This document shows positions 12,453 to 22,681 of a DNA stretch of 64,000 nt, in pieces; position 1 is the stretch's first letter; every line of letters starts with the position of its first letter. Made by a program: the position numbers and the translations under genes. Origin of the DNA: Syntrophomonas sp. (GTDB taxonomy: Bacteria > Bacillota > Syntrophomonadia > Syntrophomonadales > Syntrophomonadaceae); contig JBDKUE010000111.1 in assembly GCA_039679855.1 (NCBI GenBank), forward strand, positions 16,846-80,845, given 5' to 3'. A model generated the notes under the pieces. The model was given only the letters and a program-made list of their open reading frames with translations, made no database searches and was not told the DNA's origin.

Positions 12453-13312
12453 ATTTCGAGCACACCTTTTCTGGCTTTTATCAAGCGGTCTCTCCCGGCC
12501 AGGTCCTTTATAATCTCAATTTCCGCAAAGTCTTCCATCATGATCCGGGCGGCATCTCCCTGACCGGCGCCGATCTCCCAGAGAAGATAACCTTCCGGCT
12601 TCAGCAGTGCCAGGGCCTGGGGCTTGAGATCACGGTATAGGTCCAGTCCGTCACCGGGAGCCAGCAGGGCCAGTTGTGGTTCAAAGAGCTTGATTTCATC
12701 GGGAAGGCTGGCATATTCCTCCGGTGAAATATAAGGAAGGTTGGCCACAATGAGGTCAAAGGGCTGCTCCAAAGCAAAAGGCTCCAACAGGCTGCCGCAA
12801 CGAAAGTCAACTCTTGCTTCGAGGTGCCTGGCATTATCGCTGGCAATAGACAGGGCTGCATCCGATATATCCCCGGCCCAGACTTGCGCCCGTGGGCAAT
12901 AGTGGGCCAGACTCACCGCGATGGCTCCCGAACCGGTACCGACTTCACAGATGCGCGGCCGCTCATTAAGCTTTACCAGCTCCAGGGCGGTCTCAACCAG
13001 CAGCTCAGTTTCCGGCCGGGGAATCAAAACCTCAGGACCTAAGACAAATTCCAGGGACATGAATTCTTTAACACCGGTTATATAGGCAATGGGCTCGCCG
13101 GCTAGACGTCTTTTAATATTGGTTTTATAAAGCTCCCTTTCCTGGCGGCCTACCGGCTGAGAATAATGCACATATAAATAGACCCGGTCCACTTCAAGGA
13201 CACGGGCCAGCAATACCTCGGCTTCTAAACGAGCTTGGGCTATGTTTTTTTGGTTAAAATAGGCAGTTGTCCATTCCAGCAAGCTTTTAATCGTCCACTG
13301 AACCTGCCCCAC
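12449..13312 (-). CDS. prmC: release-factor glutamine N5-methyltransferase
   Basis: 287 aa with the SAM motif EVGTGSGAI and catalytic NLPY (an NPPY variant). GTG start lies directly after the prfA stop. Confidence 0.92.
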   Translation of the reverse strand: MGQVQWTIKSLLEWTTAYFNQKNIAQARLEAEVLLARVLEVDRVYLYVHYSQPVGRQERELYKTNIKRRLAGEPIAYITGVKEFMSLEFVLGPEVLIPRPETELLVETALELVKLNERPRICEVGTGSGAIAVSLAHYCPRAQVWAGDISDAALSIASDNARHLEARVDFRCGSLLEPFALEQPFDLIVANLPYISPEEYASLPDEIKLFEPQLALLAPGDGLDLYRDLKPQALALLKPEGYLLWEIGAGQGDAARIMMEDFAEIEIIKDLAGRDRLIKARKGVLEI

Positions 13313-13313
13313 G

Positions 13314-14399
13314 TCATTCCACCTGTCTCAAACGTTCAGCCTCATCATTGCTGACCAGGGCACTTATTATTTCCTGCAAATCCCCGTCCAGGATGTAGTC
13401 GAGTTTGTGCAGGGTGAGATTGATCCGGTGATCGCTCACCCGTCCCTGGGGGAAATTATAGGTTCGGATGCGTTCGCTGCGATCGCCGCTTCCCACTTGG
13501 CTTTTCCTGGTTCCAGCCATTTCCGCGTTGTGCTCGGCTTCCAGGATTTCCTTCAAACGAGCCCGCAAAACACGCAGGGCTTTGGCTTTATTCTTATGCT
13601 GCGACTTTTCGTCCTGGCAGATCACCACCATACCAGTAGGCAAATGGGTTATTCTGACAGCTGACTGGGTAGTGTTGACGGACTGCCCTCCCGGGCCGCT
13701 GGAACAATAAACATCAATTTTCAAATCCAGGGGGTCAATATCAACTTCCACTTCTTCAGCTTCTGGTAACACCGCCACTGTAGCGGCCGAGGTGTGAATC
13801 CTGCCTCCTGATTCGGTGGAGGGTATACGCTGAACCCGATGCACTCCGGATTCAAATTTCAGTTTACTGAATGCCCCGGTGCCATCCACTTCAAAAATTA
13901 TTTCTTTAACCCCGCCGATATCCGTGTAATGCACATCGATCACTTCGATCCGCCATCCCTGCCGCTCGGCATAACGGCTGTACATGCGAAACAGATCGGC
14001 GGCAAACAGAGCGGCCTCTTCTCCTCCGGTGCCCGCTCTAATTTCCATTATGACACTCTTTTCGTCATTAGGATCCTTGGGCAGCAAGAGAATCTGCAAC
14101 TCCTGCTCAACCTGAGCCCTCTGTTCCTGCAGACTTTCAATCTCTGCCTCCAGCATCTCCTGAAACTCGGCATCGTTTTCTTCCTGCAGCAGGCCTTTAT
14201 TATCTTCCAGTTGCTGCAGCACGCTTTTGTAGACGCGGTATTTGCCAACGATCTCCTCCAAGTCGGAGTGGGCTTTGGCCACCTTTTGAAAGCGAGACTG
14301 GTCTGACAAGACCTCCGGTTTAGTCAACAGATCGGTCAATTCATCATATTTTTGTTCAATATGTTCCAGTTTGCTCAGCAAGTCTTTCTCCTCCAGCAC
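13314..14399 (-). CDS. prfA: peptide chain release factor 1
   Basis: 361 aa with the GGQ motif ([11 protein letters not shown]) and a PST anticodon-like tripeptide. Ends in TGA. Confidence 0.97.
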   Translation of the reverse strand: MLEEKDLLSKLEHIEQKYDELTDLLTKPEVLSDQSRFQKVAKAHSDLEEIVGKYRVYKSVLQQLEDNKGLLQEENDAEFQEMLEAEIESLQEQRAQVEQELQILLLPKDPNDEKSVIMEIRAGTGGEEAALFAADLFRMYSRYAERQGWRIEVIDVHYTDIGGVKEIIFEVDGTGAFSKLKFESGVHRVQRIPSTESGGRIHTSAATVAVLPEAEEVEVDIDPLDLKIDVYCSSGPGGQSVNTTQSAVRITHLPTGMVVICQDEKSQHKNKAKALRVLRARLKEILEAEHNAEMAGTRKSQVGSGDRSERIRTYNFPQGRVSDHRINLTLHKLDYILDGDLQEIISALVSNDEAERLRQVE

Positions 14400-15294
14400 A
14401 TTTATCGATGGGAAGCACCGCCACCTGGGGTTGTTCCTCCAACACTGCCTGTAGAGCAGTCAGGGCTACTTCTAACTGTGAATCATCCGGCTCCCGGGTG
14501 GTCAGCCTCTGCAGCCACAGTCCTGGCGCAGCCAAAACTCTGGCCCACAACCTGGTTTGGTAGCGGGCGCTGAGTTTGATATATTCATAGCCCAATCCCG
14601 CTACTATGGGAAGCACCGCAATACGCGACCAGATTCGGTAAAAAAGCGTTCCCTTGCCCAGCAATACAAAGACCAGAATGGAAATTACCATCACGATCAG
14701 TAGAAAACTCGTTCCACAGCGGGGGTGCAGGGTGCTGTATTTTCTGGCATTTTCCACCGTAAGCTCTTCCCCTGCTTCATAAGTGGAAATGCTTTTGTGC
14801 TCCGCGCCGTGGTACATAAAGACCCTGGCGATATCGTTTATACGCGAGATGCCATAAACGTAGAGCAGGAAAAATGCCAGCCTTATAATCCCTTCTACCA
14901 GGTTTTGAACAAATACCCCGCCTAAAAAACGCTGCGTATAGTGCACCAGGGCGGTCGGCAATACCACGAACATGAGCATGGCCATGACAAAGGCAATTAC
15001 CCCGGTAATCAGGATTTCCCCGGTACTCAGCTGCTCCTCTTCTTCACCCAAAGACATATTGGCCGATTTATTCAAAGCCCTCATTCCGACAACCAGTGAA
15101 TCAATTAAAACATAAGTGCCTCTTATAAAAGGCCATTTTAAAAATGAAAAACGGGTGGCCAGTTCCTTGAGGGGTTCGGTTTCAACTTCTATGGTTCCAT
15201 CCGGTTTGCGGACCGCCAGGGAGACGCTGTGGGGGCCACGCATCATAACACCTTCGATGACCGCCATCCCACCATAAGTTGTCTTTTTGTCCAT
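14356..15294 (-). CDS. DUF1385 (YqhQ-like) membrane protein
   Basis: 312 aa with N-terminal [14 protein letters not shown] and HGAEHK motifs and several TM helices. Its 3' end overlaps the prfA start by 44 nt. Confidence 0.8.
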   Translation of the reverse strand: MDKKTTYGGMAVIEGVMMRGPHSVSLAVRKPDGTIEVETEPLKELATRFSFLKWPFIRGTYVLIDSLVVGMRALNKSANMSLGEEEEQLSTGEILITGVIAFVMAMLMFVVLPTALVHYTQRFLGGVFVQNLVEGIIRLAFFLLYVYGISRINDIARVFMYHGAEHKSISTYEAGEELTVENARKYSTLHPRCGTSFLLIVMVISILVFVLLGKGTLFYRIWSRIAVLPIVAGLGYEYIKLSARYQTRLWARVLAAPGLWLQRLTTREPDDSQLEVALTALQAVLEEQPQVAVLPIDKCAGGERLAEQTGTY

Positions 15295-15347
15295 TTCCGC
15301 CCTCCCCGTCTGTAATACCAGAACGGCAATTAAATCTCCGTTAAAAG

Positions 15348-15376
15348 AAAAAAAGCAGAGACACCGCCCTGCTCCT
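15348..15376 (-). terminator. rho-independent terminator after rpmE
   Basis: Minus strand reads GAGCAG-loop-CUGCUU followed by UUUUUUC, immediately 3' of the rpmE stop. Confidence 0.45.
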
Positions 15377-15379
15377 TAT

Positions 15380-15583
15380 CTACTGCAAACCGTACTTTTT
15401 CTTAAACCGGTCAACTCTTCCGGTGGTGTCCACTATCCGGCTCTTGTTACCGGTGTAGAACGGGTGGCATTTGGCGCATATTTCTACCCGGAGGTTTTCC
15501 TTGGTAGACCCTACTTGAAACTCATTACCACACGCGCAACGGGCTGTAGCGGTAAAGAATTGGGGATGTATCTTTTCCTTCAT
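15380..15583 (-). CDS. rpmE: 50S ribosomal protein L31
   Basis: 67 aa (MKEKIHPQF...) with CxC and CxxCHPFYTG zinc motifs. Start at the ATG preceded by GAGGTG; the track ORF's extra 16 N-terminal residues were discarded. Confidence 0.95.
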   Translation of the reverse strand: MKEKIHPQFFTATARCACGNEFQVGSTKENLRVEICAKCHPFYTGNKSRIVDTTGRVDRFKKKYGLQ

Positions 15584-15636
15584 TTTTTTCACCTCGCCTC
15601 GGGTTCTAAGTAAGATTTTTTTAAACCGCAAATCAG

Positions 15637-15665
15637 ATTATAACAAGAAAGACGTCAATTGACAA
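15637..15665 (-). promoter_or_regulatory. sigma-A promoter of rpmE
   Basis: Minus strand reads TTGTCA, 17 nt, TATAAT, about 55 nt upstream of the rpmE start. Confidence 0.6.
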
Positions 15666-15689
15666 GAAAAGCTCAGTATTTTTTGCTGT

Positions 15690-16712
15690 TCAATCTGCCT
15701 GCTCTCCATCATGCTCCCGAAACATCTCTTTATTCTCTTCACCTTCATAGCGGTAGCGCAGTTTATAAAAATGCTGATCAAACATATTGTCATATGGTGT
15801 AAAGTCATCGGGATTATCTTCGTCATCCTTGATCTTGTTCCAGAATACATGCATTTTGGCGTCGAGATTGTCCATCATGTGCAGGAGAAAGGCTTCCGGA
15901 TAGAGAGGCTTGACCGGTGAACCGAATTCCAACAATCCATGATGGCTTAAAACCATATGTTTTAGCATGAGCTCCAACTGCTCGGGAAAAGGCTCCCCTT
16001 CATTGCGGAGCTGGTTTATATGGTAGGCCAGCATTTCACTGCCTATGTAAATGTGCCCCAACATGCGCCCTGCGGCGGTGTATTCGGCTGCCGCCTTGAA
16101 CTTCAGTTCTTCCACTTTACCCATGTCATGCAGGAGGGCACCTGCCACTACCAGGTCCTGGTTGAGCTCAGGATAAAGCGATGAGGTCTGCCGGCACAGA
16201 CCGGCCACTGACACGGTATGCTCCAGAAGTCCCCCGGCATACTGATGGTGAATACGGCGCGCGGCCGGGGCCCGGAAAAACTCCTCCAGGAAAGAATCGG
16301 AAAAGATTCTCGAAATCAGCTTCTTTAAATAGGGATCACTTAGGAAACCAATCAGATCCTGAAACTGCTGTTTTAAACTCTCCAGCCCGGCAGCCGCCTT
16401 CTGATAGGGGAGCGGGTCCTCGGCCAGGCTCTTTAACCGGCGCACGGTAATCTGCTGGCGTCCGTTATAGATGCTGGTGTCCCCCAGCACCCCGGTAACC
16501 TTGCCTATTTCCAATATGCCCGCAATCGCACAGTTGTCCCAGGCCACGGCATCTATCTCGCCGGAGAGATCGCCCAGGCGCAGATTTATAACCGCCTTTC
16601 CGTCCCGGGTGCGGCGTTCAACCTTGTCCAGAATCAGGTATTTACCCCATATCTGCTTTCCGGAAGGAATCATTTTTAATTCTCTGACCGAAAACGGTCC
16701 TTTTTTATCCAT
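15690..16712 (-). CDS. YhaM-like 3'-5' exoribonuclease (OB-fold + HD domain)
   Basis: 340 aa with an N-terminal OB-fold-like region and an HD domain carrying HHQYAGGLLEH and LLHDMGK. Confidence 0.8.
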   Translation of the reverse strand: MDKKGPFSVRELKMIPSGKQIWGKYLILDKVERRTRDGKAVINLRLGDLSGEIDAVAWDNCAIAGILEIGKVTGVLGDTSIYNGRQQITVRRLKSLAEDPLPYQKAAAGLESLKQQFQDLIGFLSDPYLKKLISRIFSDSFLEEFFRAPAARRIHHQYAGGLLEHTVSVAGLCRQTSSLYPELNQDLVVAGALLHDMGKVEELKFKAAAEYTAAGRMLGHIYIGSEMLAYHINQLRNEGEPFPEQLELMLKHMVLSHHGLLEFGSPVKPLYPEAFLLHMMDNLDAKMHVFWNKIKDDEDNPDDFTPYDNMFDQHFYKLRYRYEGEENKEMFREHDGEQAD

Positions 16713-16745
16713 ATATAAATCTCCCCTATTGTTAAGACCGCCCGC

Positions 16746-18005
16746 TTATAAGGCCCTGGGATGAAGATGGTTATAGGAACCGAGGCACAACCCCGGAAAG
16801 GTATTCTGCAAGTGGTATAAGAAATCAACTATTCCTATGCCCGGTTCATCGGAAGGGAACTCTCTCATTAAGCGGTCCGGGTCAATATTTAAATTGCGTA
16901 TCTGAACCATATCCACACTCGTTTTCTGAATAAAGTTCTGTAGAGCTTCAACCTGAAACGGACGATCGGTGAATCCTGGAAAAGTAAGCAGATTTATGGA
17001 TACATATACTCCATTGTCCCTGGCGCAGGCGATTGAGTCAGCAACTTCCTTGAGGTCAAACCCTTCCGGGCGATGATATTTCAAGTAGTCTTCATTACTG
17101 GCGGAAAACATGGTAACCCGGAGGTTCTGCAGGCCCGCCTCACATAACTGGCGTATGCCTTCGGTATATCCGGCATTGCTGTTCATATTTATGGTCCCTT
17201 TCTCCGTGTTCTGGCGCACCGCCCGAATAGACCTGGCTATATTTTCAGCATTCAAGGCAGGTTCTCCTTCACAGCCCTGGCCAAAACTTACCATGGCCCG
17301 GGGTGCTTTTTCCAGGTGCATGGTACAGACCTGGCTTATCTCTTGCCAATCCGCTACAAAGTCGAGGCGGTTTTGCGGAGACTGGGCTTGTCCATGTTTT
17401 CGGGAAATACAGCCCAGGCATCGGGCATTGCATTTCGGCATGGAAGGAATCCCTCCCTCCCAGCGCCGGTAAAAAATATTTTGGGCCGTAAAGCAGCTGT
17501 AATCCAGTGCACAATGAGCAAGCTGGTGGTAGATCCGATTGTCCGGAAAGCGCTTGAGGATTGCTTTAACACGCTGTGCCAGGCCTGATGTATTATAATG
17601 GACGGGATGCCAGGTTCGATACTCATCACTTTGTATGGCCGCCACAAAGGTTTGCTCTCCCTTGAATCCCACCGCAGCGTATCCAAAGAGCGGCAGCTCA
17701 CTGGCGCCTGGCCCCGGTACGGCGGCTGGCAGCAGGGTACGGGTAAAGCCCTGCGGTAAAAGCGCAGCCACCGGCCATACCTTCTCCCCATTGTAGGGAT
17801 TTTCTTCAACGGCCCCAGGCTTTCCGTCCTTAGAACAGCCCACTGCCAGGTATCCGGGCATGCTCACCAGGGTGCTGCCCTTGGGCAGAGGAATCATCTC
17901 TCCCTGACCGGGTTCCAGCCACTGGCCGCCGCTGCGCCCCAGCATGGCATATTCGGGGTGGGAATAGATTTCCCCTTTTTCATTCACAAATAGGGTTCCA
18001 AACAT
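16746..18005 (-). CDS. radical SAM protein with an uncharacterised ~190-aa N-terminal domain
   Basis: CNARCLGC (CxxxCxxC) cluster motif at about residue 195 and a GEP-type SAM motif (GQGCEGEPAL). The N-terminal half was not recognised. Confidence 0.8.
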   Translation of the reverse strand: MFGTLFVNEKGEIYSHPEYAMLGRSGGQWLEPGQGEMIPLPKGSTLVSMPGYLAVGCSKDGKPGAVEENPYNGEKVWPVAALLPQGFTRTLLPAAVPGPGASELPLFGYAAVGFKGEQTFVAAIQSDEYRTWHPVHYNTSGLAQRVKAILKRFPDNRIYHQLAHCALDYSCFTAQNIFYRRWEGGIPSMPKCNARCLGCISRKHGQAQSPQNRLDFVADWQEISQVCTMHLEKAPRAMVSFGQGCEGEPALNAENIARSIRAVRQNTEKGTINMNSNAGYTEGIRQLCEAGLQNLRVTMFSASNEDYLKYHRPEGFDLKEVADSIACARDNGVYVSINLLTFPGFTDRPFQVEALQNFIQKTSVDMVQIRNLNIDPDRLMREFPSDEPGIGIVDFLYHLQNTFPGLCLGSYNHLHPRAL

Positions 18006-18024
18006 CTTTTTTCTCCGGTTTTAC

Positions 18025-18768
18025 TTATTGTTTGTTGGTTCTAGCCTGCAGGTAAGCAAAAAATGATCTGGTTTGCCCTGAATTGTTAAAGTTTATAAGG
18101 ATTGGCTCCCGACCGCTTATAAAAGTTATCACAATAGCTGAACCGGGTTTGCGAATGAACAACTGGGAGCGCCCCAATCCCTCTACATTAAAATGTCCCT
18201 TCATAACGGTGCCAACTTCTATACCATTGGCTCTGCTGCCAATAGCAGGCAGCACACTCCTCAGTTCCAGGGTATTTATATCATTGTAGGCAAACTGGGT
18301 GCCATAGGCGTCCTCGATAGCGATACTATCTGGCAATACGGACACAAACGGTTCTCCAGCTGATTTGTACATATATATACCAACCACTGCAAAGACCAAA
18401 ACAAGCAATCCTGCCGCTCCCCAATAGAGCCTGGAATGCTTTTTGTTTATTTGCGAATCAGAGGGAGTAAAACGGCCAATTTCTGATGCCAGATTGATTA
18501 CCAGCAACAATAACAGGCCAAATCCGATTTCTATTCCCCAGGCTACTCCCAGCAGGCGCAGCAACACACCCAGTACTGGTGCCAGGCCAATCAATATCAG
18601 CTGCCGGCCCACGAAACGGTCCATGTTTTTTCTAACCATGTATTTTTGTTCTTCAGGGGTTCCAGCATTGTATCCAGGTATCAGGTTGTAGCTCTTGCCG
18701 AATTTAATCAAAGCCCCGAAAATAACTATTATTGCACTGAGACCAATAATTATCCAGCGTTCTATCAT
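18025..18768 (-). CDS. membrane protein, DUF3784-like N-terminus plus PH-like C-terminal domain
   Basis: 247 aa with four TM helices, the sequence LIPGYNAGTPEEQKYM typical of DUF3784, and a beta-rich C-terminal domain. Confidence 0.5.
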   Translation of the reverse strand: MIERWIIIGLSAIIVIFGALIKFGKSYNLIPGYNAGTPEEQKYMVRKNMDRFVGRQLILIGLAPVLGVLLRLLGVAWGIEIGFGLLLLLVINLASEIGRFTPSDSQINKKHSRLYWGAAGLLVLVFAVVGIYMYKSAGEPFVSVLPDSIAIEDAYGTQFAYNDINTLELRSVLPAIGSRANGIEVGTVMKGHFNVEGLGRSQLFIRKPGSAIVITFISGREPILINFNNSGQTRSFFAYLQARTNKQ

Positions 18769-18946
18769 GTCCTTTCCACACCTTTGCTAATAATTTTGCA
18801 CTCCCCATATACTATCATAAGCCTGGAAAAATTACATGTTTGTTATACTACCACATGTGCCTATATTCTTCCTCTTTCCTTAATTAATAAGCCATTAAAA
18901 CTTATATCAGCGGGAAACAACCTCGATAAAGGGTCTCATAGTAAGA

Positions 18947-18976
18947 GAACCCGGTGGCCACGCTGCCACCGGGTTC
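18947..18976 (-). terminator. rho-independent terminator after the LysM/M23 gene
   Basis: Perfect 12-bp stem GAACCCGGTGGC / GCCACCGGGTTC with a 6-nt loop, followed on the minus strand by UCUUACUAU. Confidence 0.7.
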
Positions 18977-18998
18977 ATCTAATTTGCTGCCAAACGCG

Positions 18999-19850
18999 TT
19001 ATCTCAGTACATTAACCGGATTGACATACTTACGTCCTTTCTTAACCTCAAAGTGGAGGTGGGGGCCGGTGGAATTTCCGGTTGTACCAATCTTACCTAT
19101 TGCTTCTCCCCGCTTCACCCTTTGGCCGGTGGAAACCCCTATTGAACTCAAATGAGCATACAAAGTTTCACTGCCGTCAGAATGTTCAATAACAATCATT
19201 TTTCCATATACGCCATTATATCCGGTAGAAGCCACCACACCTGCTGCTGCCGCCTGGACCATATCCCCATACCGGGCGGATATGTCAGTTCCATGATGGA
19301 AACCTGAGCTTCGCCATCCGTACGACGATGTAATCGCACCCCGGATAGGCCAGGTGAAAAAAGCCGTGCTCGCCCCCCCGCGGCTGGGAGTGGTGTTGAC
19401 GGAGCTTGTCTTTCGGGCGCTATCGGGCAGGGTCAGGTTCATCCCTATCTTTAAATTCTCGGCATTAACCCCTTGATTTAAACTGCAGAGCTGCTCCAGG
19501 CTGACGTTGTACTTGCGGGCGATGTCCCAGAGCGTTTCACCTTTTTTTACTGCATGAATCCGGTTCATATTGCCCGGTATCTGCAGTTTTTGTCCTATTG
19601 ATAAAACGCTTTGTTCATCAAGTCCATTGACCGCTTTAACGCTTTCCAAATCAGTTTGATACTTCTGGCAGATATCCCACAGGGTGTCACCCGGCTCCAC
19701 AGAATGGTAAAGAGCCTGAGCTCCAGCCGTACTCGCCACGGCCTCATTTGAGAGTATGAAATTCCCCTCGTCCATGGCAGCATTCGCATTGCCAGAGTGG
19801 AGCATAAGGAGGAGAGCCAGCACCGGTGAGGCTATCCACTTCCTGTTCAA
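18999..19850 (-). CDS. secreted LysM (x2) + M23 (LytM) peptidoglycan metalloendopeptidase
   Basis: Signal peptide, two LysM repeats (VEPGDTLWDICQKY..., VKKGETLWDIARKY...), and M23 motifs HHGTDI and TGPHLHFEV. TTG start after GAGGTG. Confidence 0.9.
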   Translation of the reverse strand: MNRKWIASPVLALLLMLHSGNANAAMDEGNFILSNEAVASTAGAQALYHSVEPGDTLWDICQKYQTDLESVKAVNGLDEQSVLSIGQKLQIPGNMNRIHAVKKGETLWDIARKYNVSLEQLCSLNQGVNAENLKIGMNLTLPDSARKTSSVNTTPSRGGASTAFFTWPIRGAITSSYGWRSSGFHHGTDISARYGDMVQAAAAGVVASTGYNGVYGKMIVIEHSDGSETLYAHLSSIGVSTGQRVKRGEAIGKIGTTGNSTGPHLHFEVKKGRKYVNPVNVLR

Positions 19851-20026
19851 GTTTGTTCACCTCGTTTCTTATCAGACCCAAGCCTATAAACCTCATCCAG
19901 GTGTATATTTCCTTAATCCTGACCACCTGATCTCAAGGCCTTGACAAAACAGGGCCTGCTGCCCTATATATTTGACAATATCAACACCACTTATTCATAA
20001 AAGACCATGTTTAAAGCCTTTTTTGG

Positions 20027-20055
20027 ATAATACTGGATATTATTGGGGTTGTCAA
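20027..20055 (-). promoter_or_regulatory. sigma-A promoter, probably for the LysM/M23 gene
   Basis: Minus strand reads TTGACA, 17 nt, TATTAT immediately after the rho terminator. It implies a leader of about 170 nt. Confidence 0.55.
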
Positions 20056-20056
20056 G

Positions 20057-20090
20057 AAAAAAGATAAGGAGCTACATTATGCCCCTTATC
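20057..20090 (-). terminator. rho-independent terminator after rho
   Basis: 7-bp stem GATAAGG / CCTTATC with a 14-nt loop, followed on the minus strand by UUUUUU. Confidence 0.6.
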
Positions 20091-20122
20091 CCTTAACATA
20101 TTTTCATTTAAAAATATTAAAT

Positions 20123-21424
20123 TTAATAAGAATTTCTGGCGTAATCAGATTTGCCGAAAACCAGCGGAGCTGCTCGCAGCAGGTCTTTGTTGGACTTGGT
20201 CTTTTTCATGGTATCTTTCATGATCTGCATGGTTTCAGCAGGATTGTTATCGCTGAACATGTTGCGCAGATTCCACACCAATTCCATTTCTTCAGGGGAG
20301 AGCAGCAGCTCCTCTTTGCGGGTGCCGGAACGCTTCACATCGATCGCCGGGAATATTCGGCGTTCAGCCAGCCGCCGGTCCAGAACCAGTTCCATATTGC
20401 CGCGGCCTTTGAATTCTTCGAAGATAACTTCATCCATGCGGGAGCCAGTTTCAACCAGGGCGGTGGCAATTATGGTAAGGCTGCCGCCTTCTTCTATGTT
20501 TCGGGCAGCACCGAAAAAACGTTTAGGCTTATCCAACGAGGCCGGGTCAATTCCTCCCGATAAGGTACGGCCGCTGGGTGGTACTACCAGATTATGAGCC
20601 CGGGCCATCCTGGTTATACTATCCATGAGGATGACCACATCTTTCTTATGTTCGACCAATCTTTTGGCCCGTTCCAAAACCATATCACTTACCTTAACAT
20701 GGTTTTCCGGGGGTTCATCAAAGGTAGAAGCAACTACTTCGGCTTTGGTGGAACGCTGCATGTCTGTTACTTCTTCAGGCCTTTCATCAACCAGAAGAAT
20801 AATCAATTCAATTTCAGGGTGGTTTGCGCTGATGCCCTGAGCAATTTTCTGTAATAATATGGTCTTTCCAGCTTTCGGAGGCGATACGATTAGGCCGCGC
20901 TGACCTTTTCCTATCGGGGCAATGAGATCAATGATCCTGGTAGGCAGTTCCTGGGAGTCGGTCTCCAGCGTTATCCGCTGGGTTGGATAGAGGGGGGTCA
21001 GAGCGTCAAAGTGAATCCTCTTTACCGATTCTTCTGGTGGAAAGCCATTGACCCCCTCAACCTTTAAAAGAGCAAAAAAGCGCTCATTGTCCTTGGGGGA
21101 ACGCACCTGCCCGCCCACTTTGTCGCCGGTTTTCAATTCGAATTTTCTTATCTGGGATGGAGATACGTAGATATCATCCTGACTGGGCAGGTAGCCAAAG
21201 GGTCTTAAAAAGCCATAGCCGTCCGGCATAATTTCGAGAACCCCTTGAGCCTGCAGCAATTCATCGGCGTGGGTCAGTGCCTTGGTAATCTCAAATATCA
21301 GTTCCTTTTTTCGGAGCTTGGAGTAACCGGTGAGATTGACATCCCGGGCTATTTGATAAAGCTCCAGAATGGTCCGGTTCTCCAGATCGGAGATCGAGAT
21401 GTTCAGAATTCTTCCTCCCTTCAT
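20123..21424 (-). CDS. rho: transcription termination factor Rho
   Basis: 433 aa with an N-terminal insertion-helix domain ([24 protein letters not shown]), an OB RNA-binding domain and Walker A PPKAGKT. Confidence 0.97.
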   Translation of the reverse strand: MKGGRILNISISDLENRTILELYQIARDVNLTGYSKLRKKELIFEITKALTHADELLQAQGVLEIMPDGYGFLRPFGYLPSQDDIYVSPSQIRKFELKTGDKVGGQVRSPKDNERFFALLKVEGVNGFPPEESVKRIHFDALTPLYPTQRITLETDSQELPTRIIDLIAPIGKGQRGLIVSPPKAGKTILLQKIAQGISANHPEIELIILLVDERPEEVTDMQRSTKAEVVASTFDEPPENHVKVSDMVLERAKRLVEHKKDVVILMDSITRMARAHNLVVPPSGRTLSGGIDPASLDKPKRFFGAARNIEEGGSLTIIATALVETGSRMDEVIFEEFKGRGNMELVLDRRLAERRIFPAIDVKRSGTRKEELLLSPEEMELVWNLRNMFSDNNPAETMQIMKDTMKKTKSNKDLLRAAPLVFGKSDYARNSY

Positions 21425-21639
21425 TTATTCAGGTGTTTCCAGGTAGATACCGGGGTTATCCATACTCGTACAGCCGAGCGTTGTCAGTCATATTTGCCAT
21501 TGCGAAGATTTCTATATCAAGTAAACTTAAGGTTTGAAGAGAAATCCGATGAGAGAAACCGTTTGCCAAAGGAAGCCGCCCGTAAAGGCTCCTGGAAGGA
21601 AACAGATTGGTTTACTCGCAGCAATACTTAGTTGTATCT

Positions 21640-21668
21640 ATTATACCCCATGTCCACAAAATTTTAAC
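21640..21668 (-). promoter_or_regulatory. candidate promoter for rho, giving a leader of about 210 nt
   Basis: Minus strand has a perfect TATAAT with a weak -35 (GTTAAA) at 17 nt, just downstream of the glpX stop. Confidence 0.35.
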
Positions 21669-21674
21669 CTTATT

Positions 21675-22661
21675 TTACTCCAAGATGAGTTTTATGCGTT
21701 TATCCTTAAAAAGCGGTTTTTTATCCAGGTGATGATTGGCCTCGATATGTCTTATGGTTCCTGACGTACTGCGCATGACCAGGGTTTGAGTTATGCAGCG
21801 GCGTTTGGTATAACGAACCCCTTTCAATAAAAAGGAATCGGTAATACCAGTTGCGGCAAATATAACATCATCAGATCTGACCAGTTCATCAAGGGTAAAG
21901 ACCTTGTTGATATTAGTAATACCCATCTGATGGCAGCGAGCGATTTCCGAATCATCCTCGGGGTATAGCCGGGCCTGGAAATCACCGCCCAGACACTTCA
22001 ACGCTGCAGCGCTTATCACGCCCTCAGGAGCCCCCCCTATGCCAACCAGCAGGTCAACCCCGGACTCGTCATAGGCAGCGGCTACCGCCGGTGAAACATC
22101 GCCATCGGTAATCAATTTGATACGCGAGCCGGCTGAGCGAATATCATCAATGATCTGCTGGTGGCGCGGGCGGTCCAAAACCACTACCGTTACTTCACTA
22201 ACCAGTTTGTCCAGGGCCCGGGCCACTTCACGAATGTTCTCTTTAATCGGAGCTTCCAGGTGAACCCGACCTTTACATTCGGGACCAACCGCAATTTTAT
22301 CCATATACATATCCGGTGCGTGCAAGAGGCATCCTCTAGGAGCCACTGCTAAAACCGCTATCGCTCCATTAAGACCTTTGGCCACTATATTAGTCCCCTC
22401 CAGGGGATCAACCGCGATGTCCACCTCGGGCGAAACCCCGGTGCCGACCTTTTCTCCGATATAAAGCATAGGGGCTTCATCCATTTCCCCTTCGCCGATA
22501 ACTACGATGCCGTCAACCGATACCGTATCAAACATGACCCGCATGGCGGTAACTGCTGCATCGTCAGCGGCCTCCTTGTCGCCTTTTCCGACCCAGCGGG
22601 CAGCTGCCAGAGCTGCTGCTTCGGTAACTCGAGCGAACTCCAGTGCCAGTTCCCTCTCCAC
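21675..22661 (-). CDS. glpX: fructose-1,6-bisphosphatase class II
   Basis: GlpX family (ELALEFARVTEAAALAAARWVGKGDK...). Start moved to GTG at 22661, 7 nt after GGAGGT; the track's TTG at 22700 overlaps tal. Confidence 0.93.
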   Translation of the reverse strand: MERELALEFARVTEAAALAAARWVGKGDKEAADDAAVTAMRVMFDTVSVDGIVVIGEGEMDEAPMLYIGEKVGTGVSPEVDIAVDPLEGTNIVAKGLNGAIAVLAVAPRGCLLHAPDMYMDKIAVGPECKGRVHLEAPIKENIREVARALDKLVSEVTVVVLDRPRHQQIIDDIRSAGSRIKLITDGDVSPAVAAAYDESGVDLLVGIGGAPEGVISAAALKCLGGDFQARLYPEDDSEIARCHQMGITNINKVFTLDELVRSDDVIFAATGITDSFLLKGVRYTKRRCITQTLVMRSTSGTIRHIEANHHLDKKPLFKDKRIKLILE

Positions 22662-22681
22662 TATTGTAACCTCCAATTCTC

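Noticed and set aside
14356-14399. The 44-nt overlap between the DUF1385 gene end and the prfA start, as a possible frameshift or misassembly
   Set aside because: Both proteins look full length, and no alternative prfA start removes the overlap. It is most simply a genuine overlap.
19938-19995. Plus-strand promoter-like hexamers (TTGACA, 18 nt, TATATA and TTGACA, 17 nt, TCATAA)
   Set aside because: There is no plus-strand gene downstream for about 26 kb. The AT-rich spacer between rho and the LysM gene produces such matches by chance. The minus-strand TTGACA, 17 nt, TATTAT at 20027-20055 fits the gene layout better.
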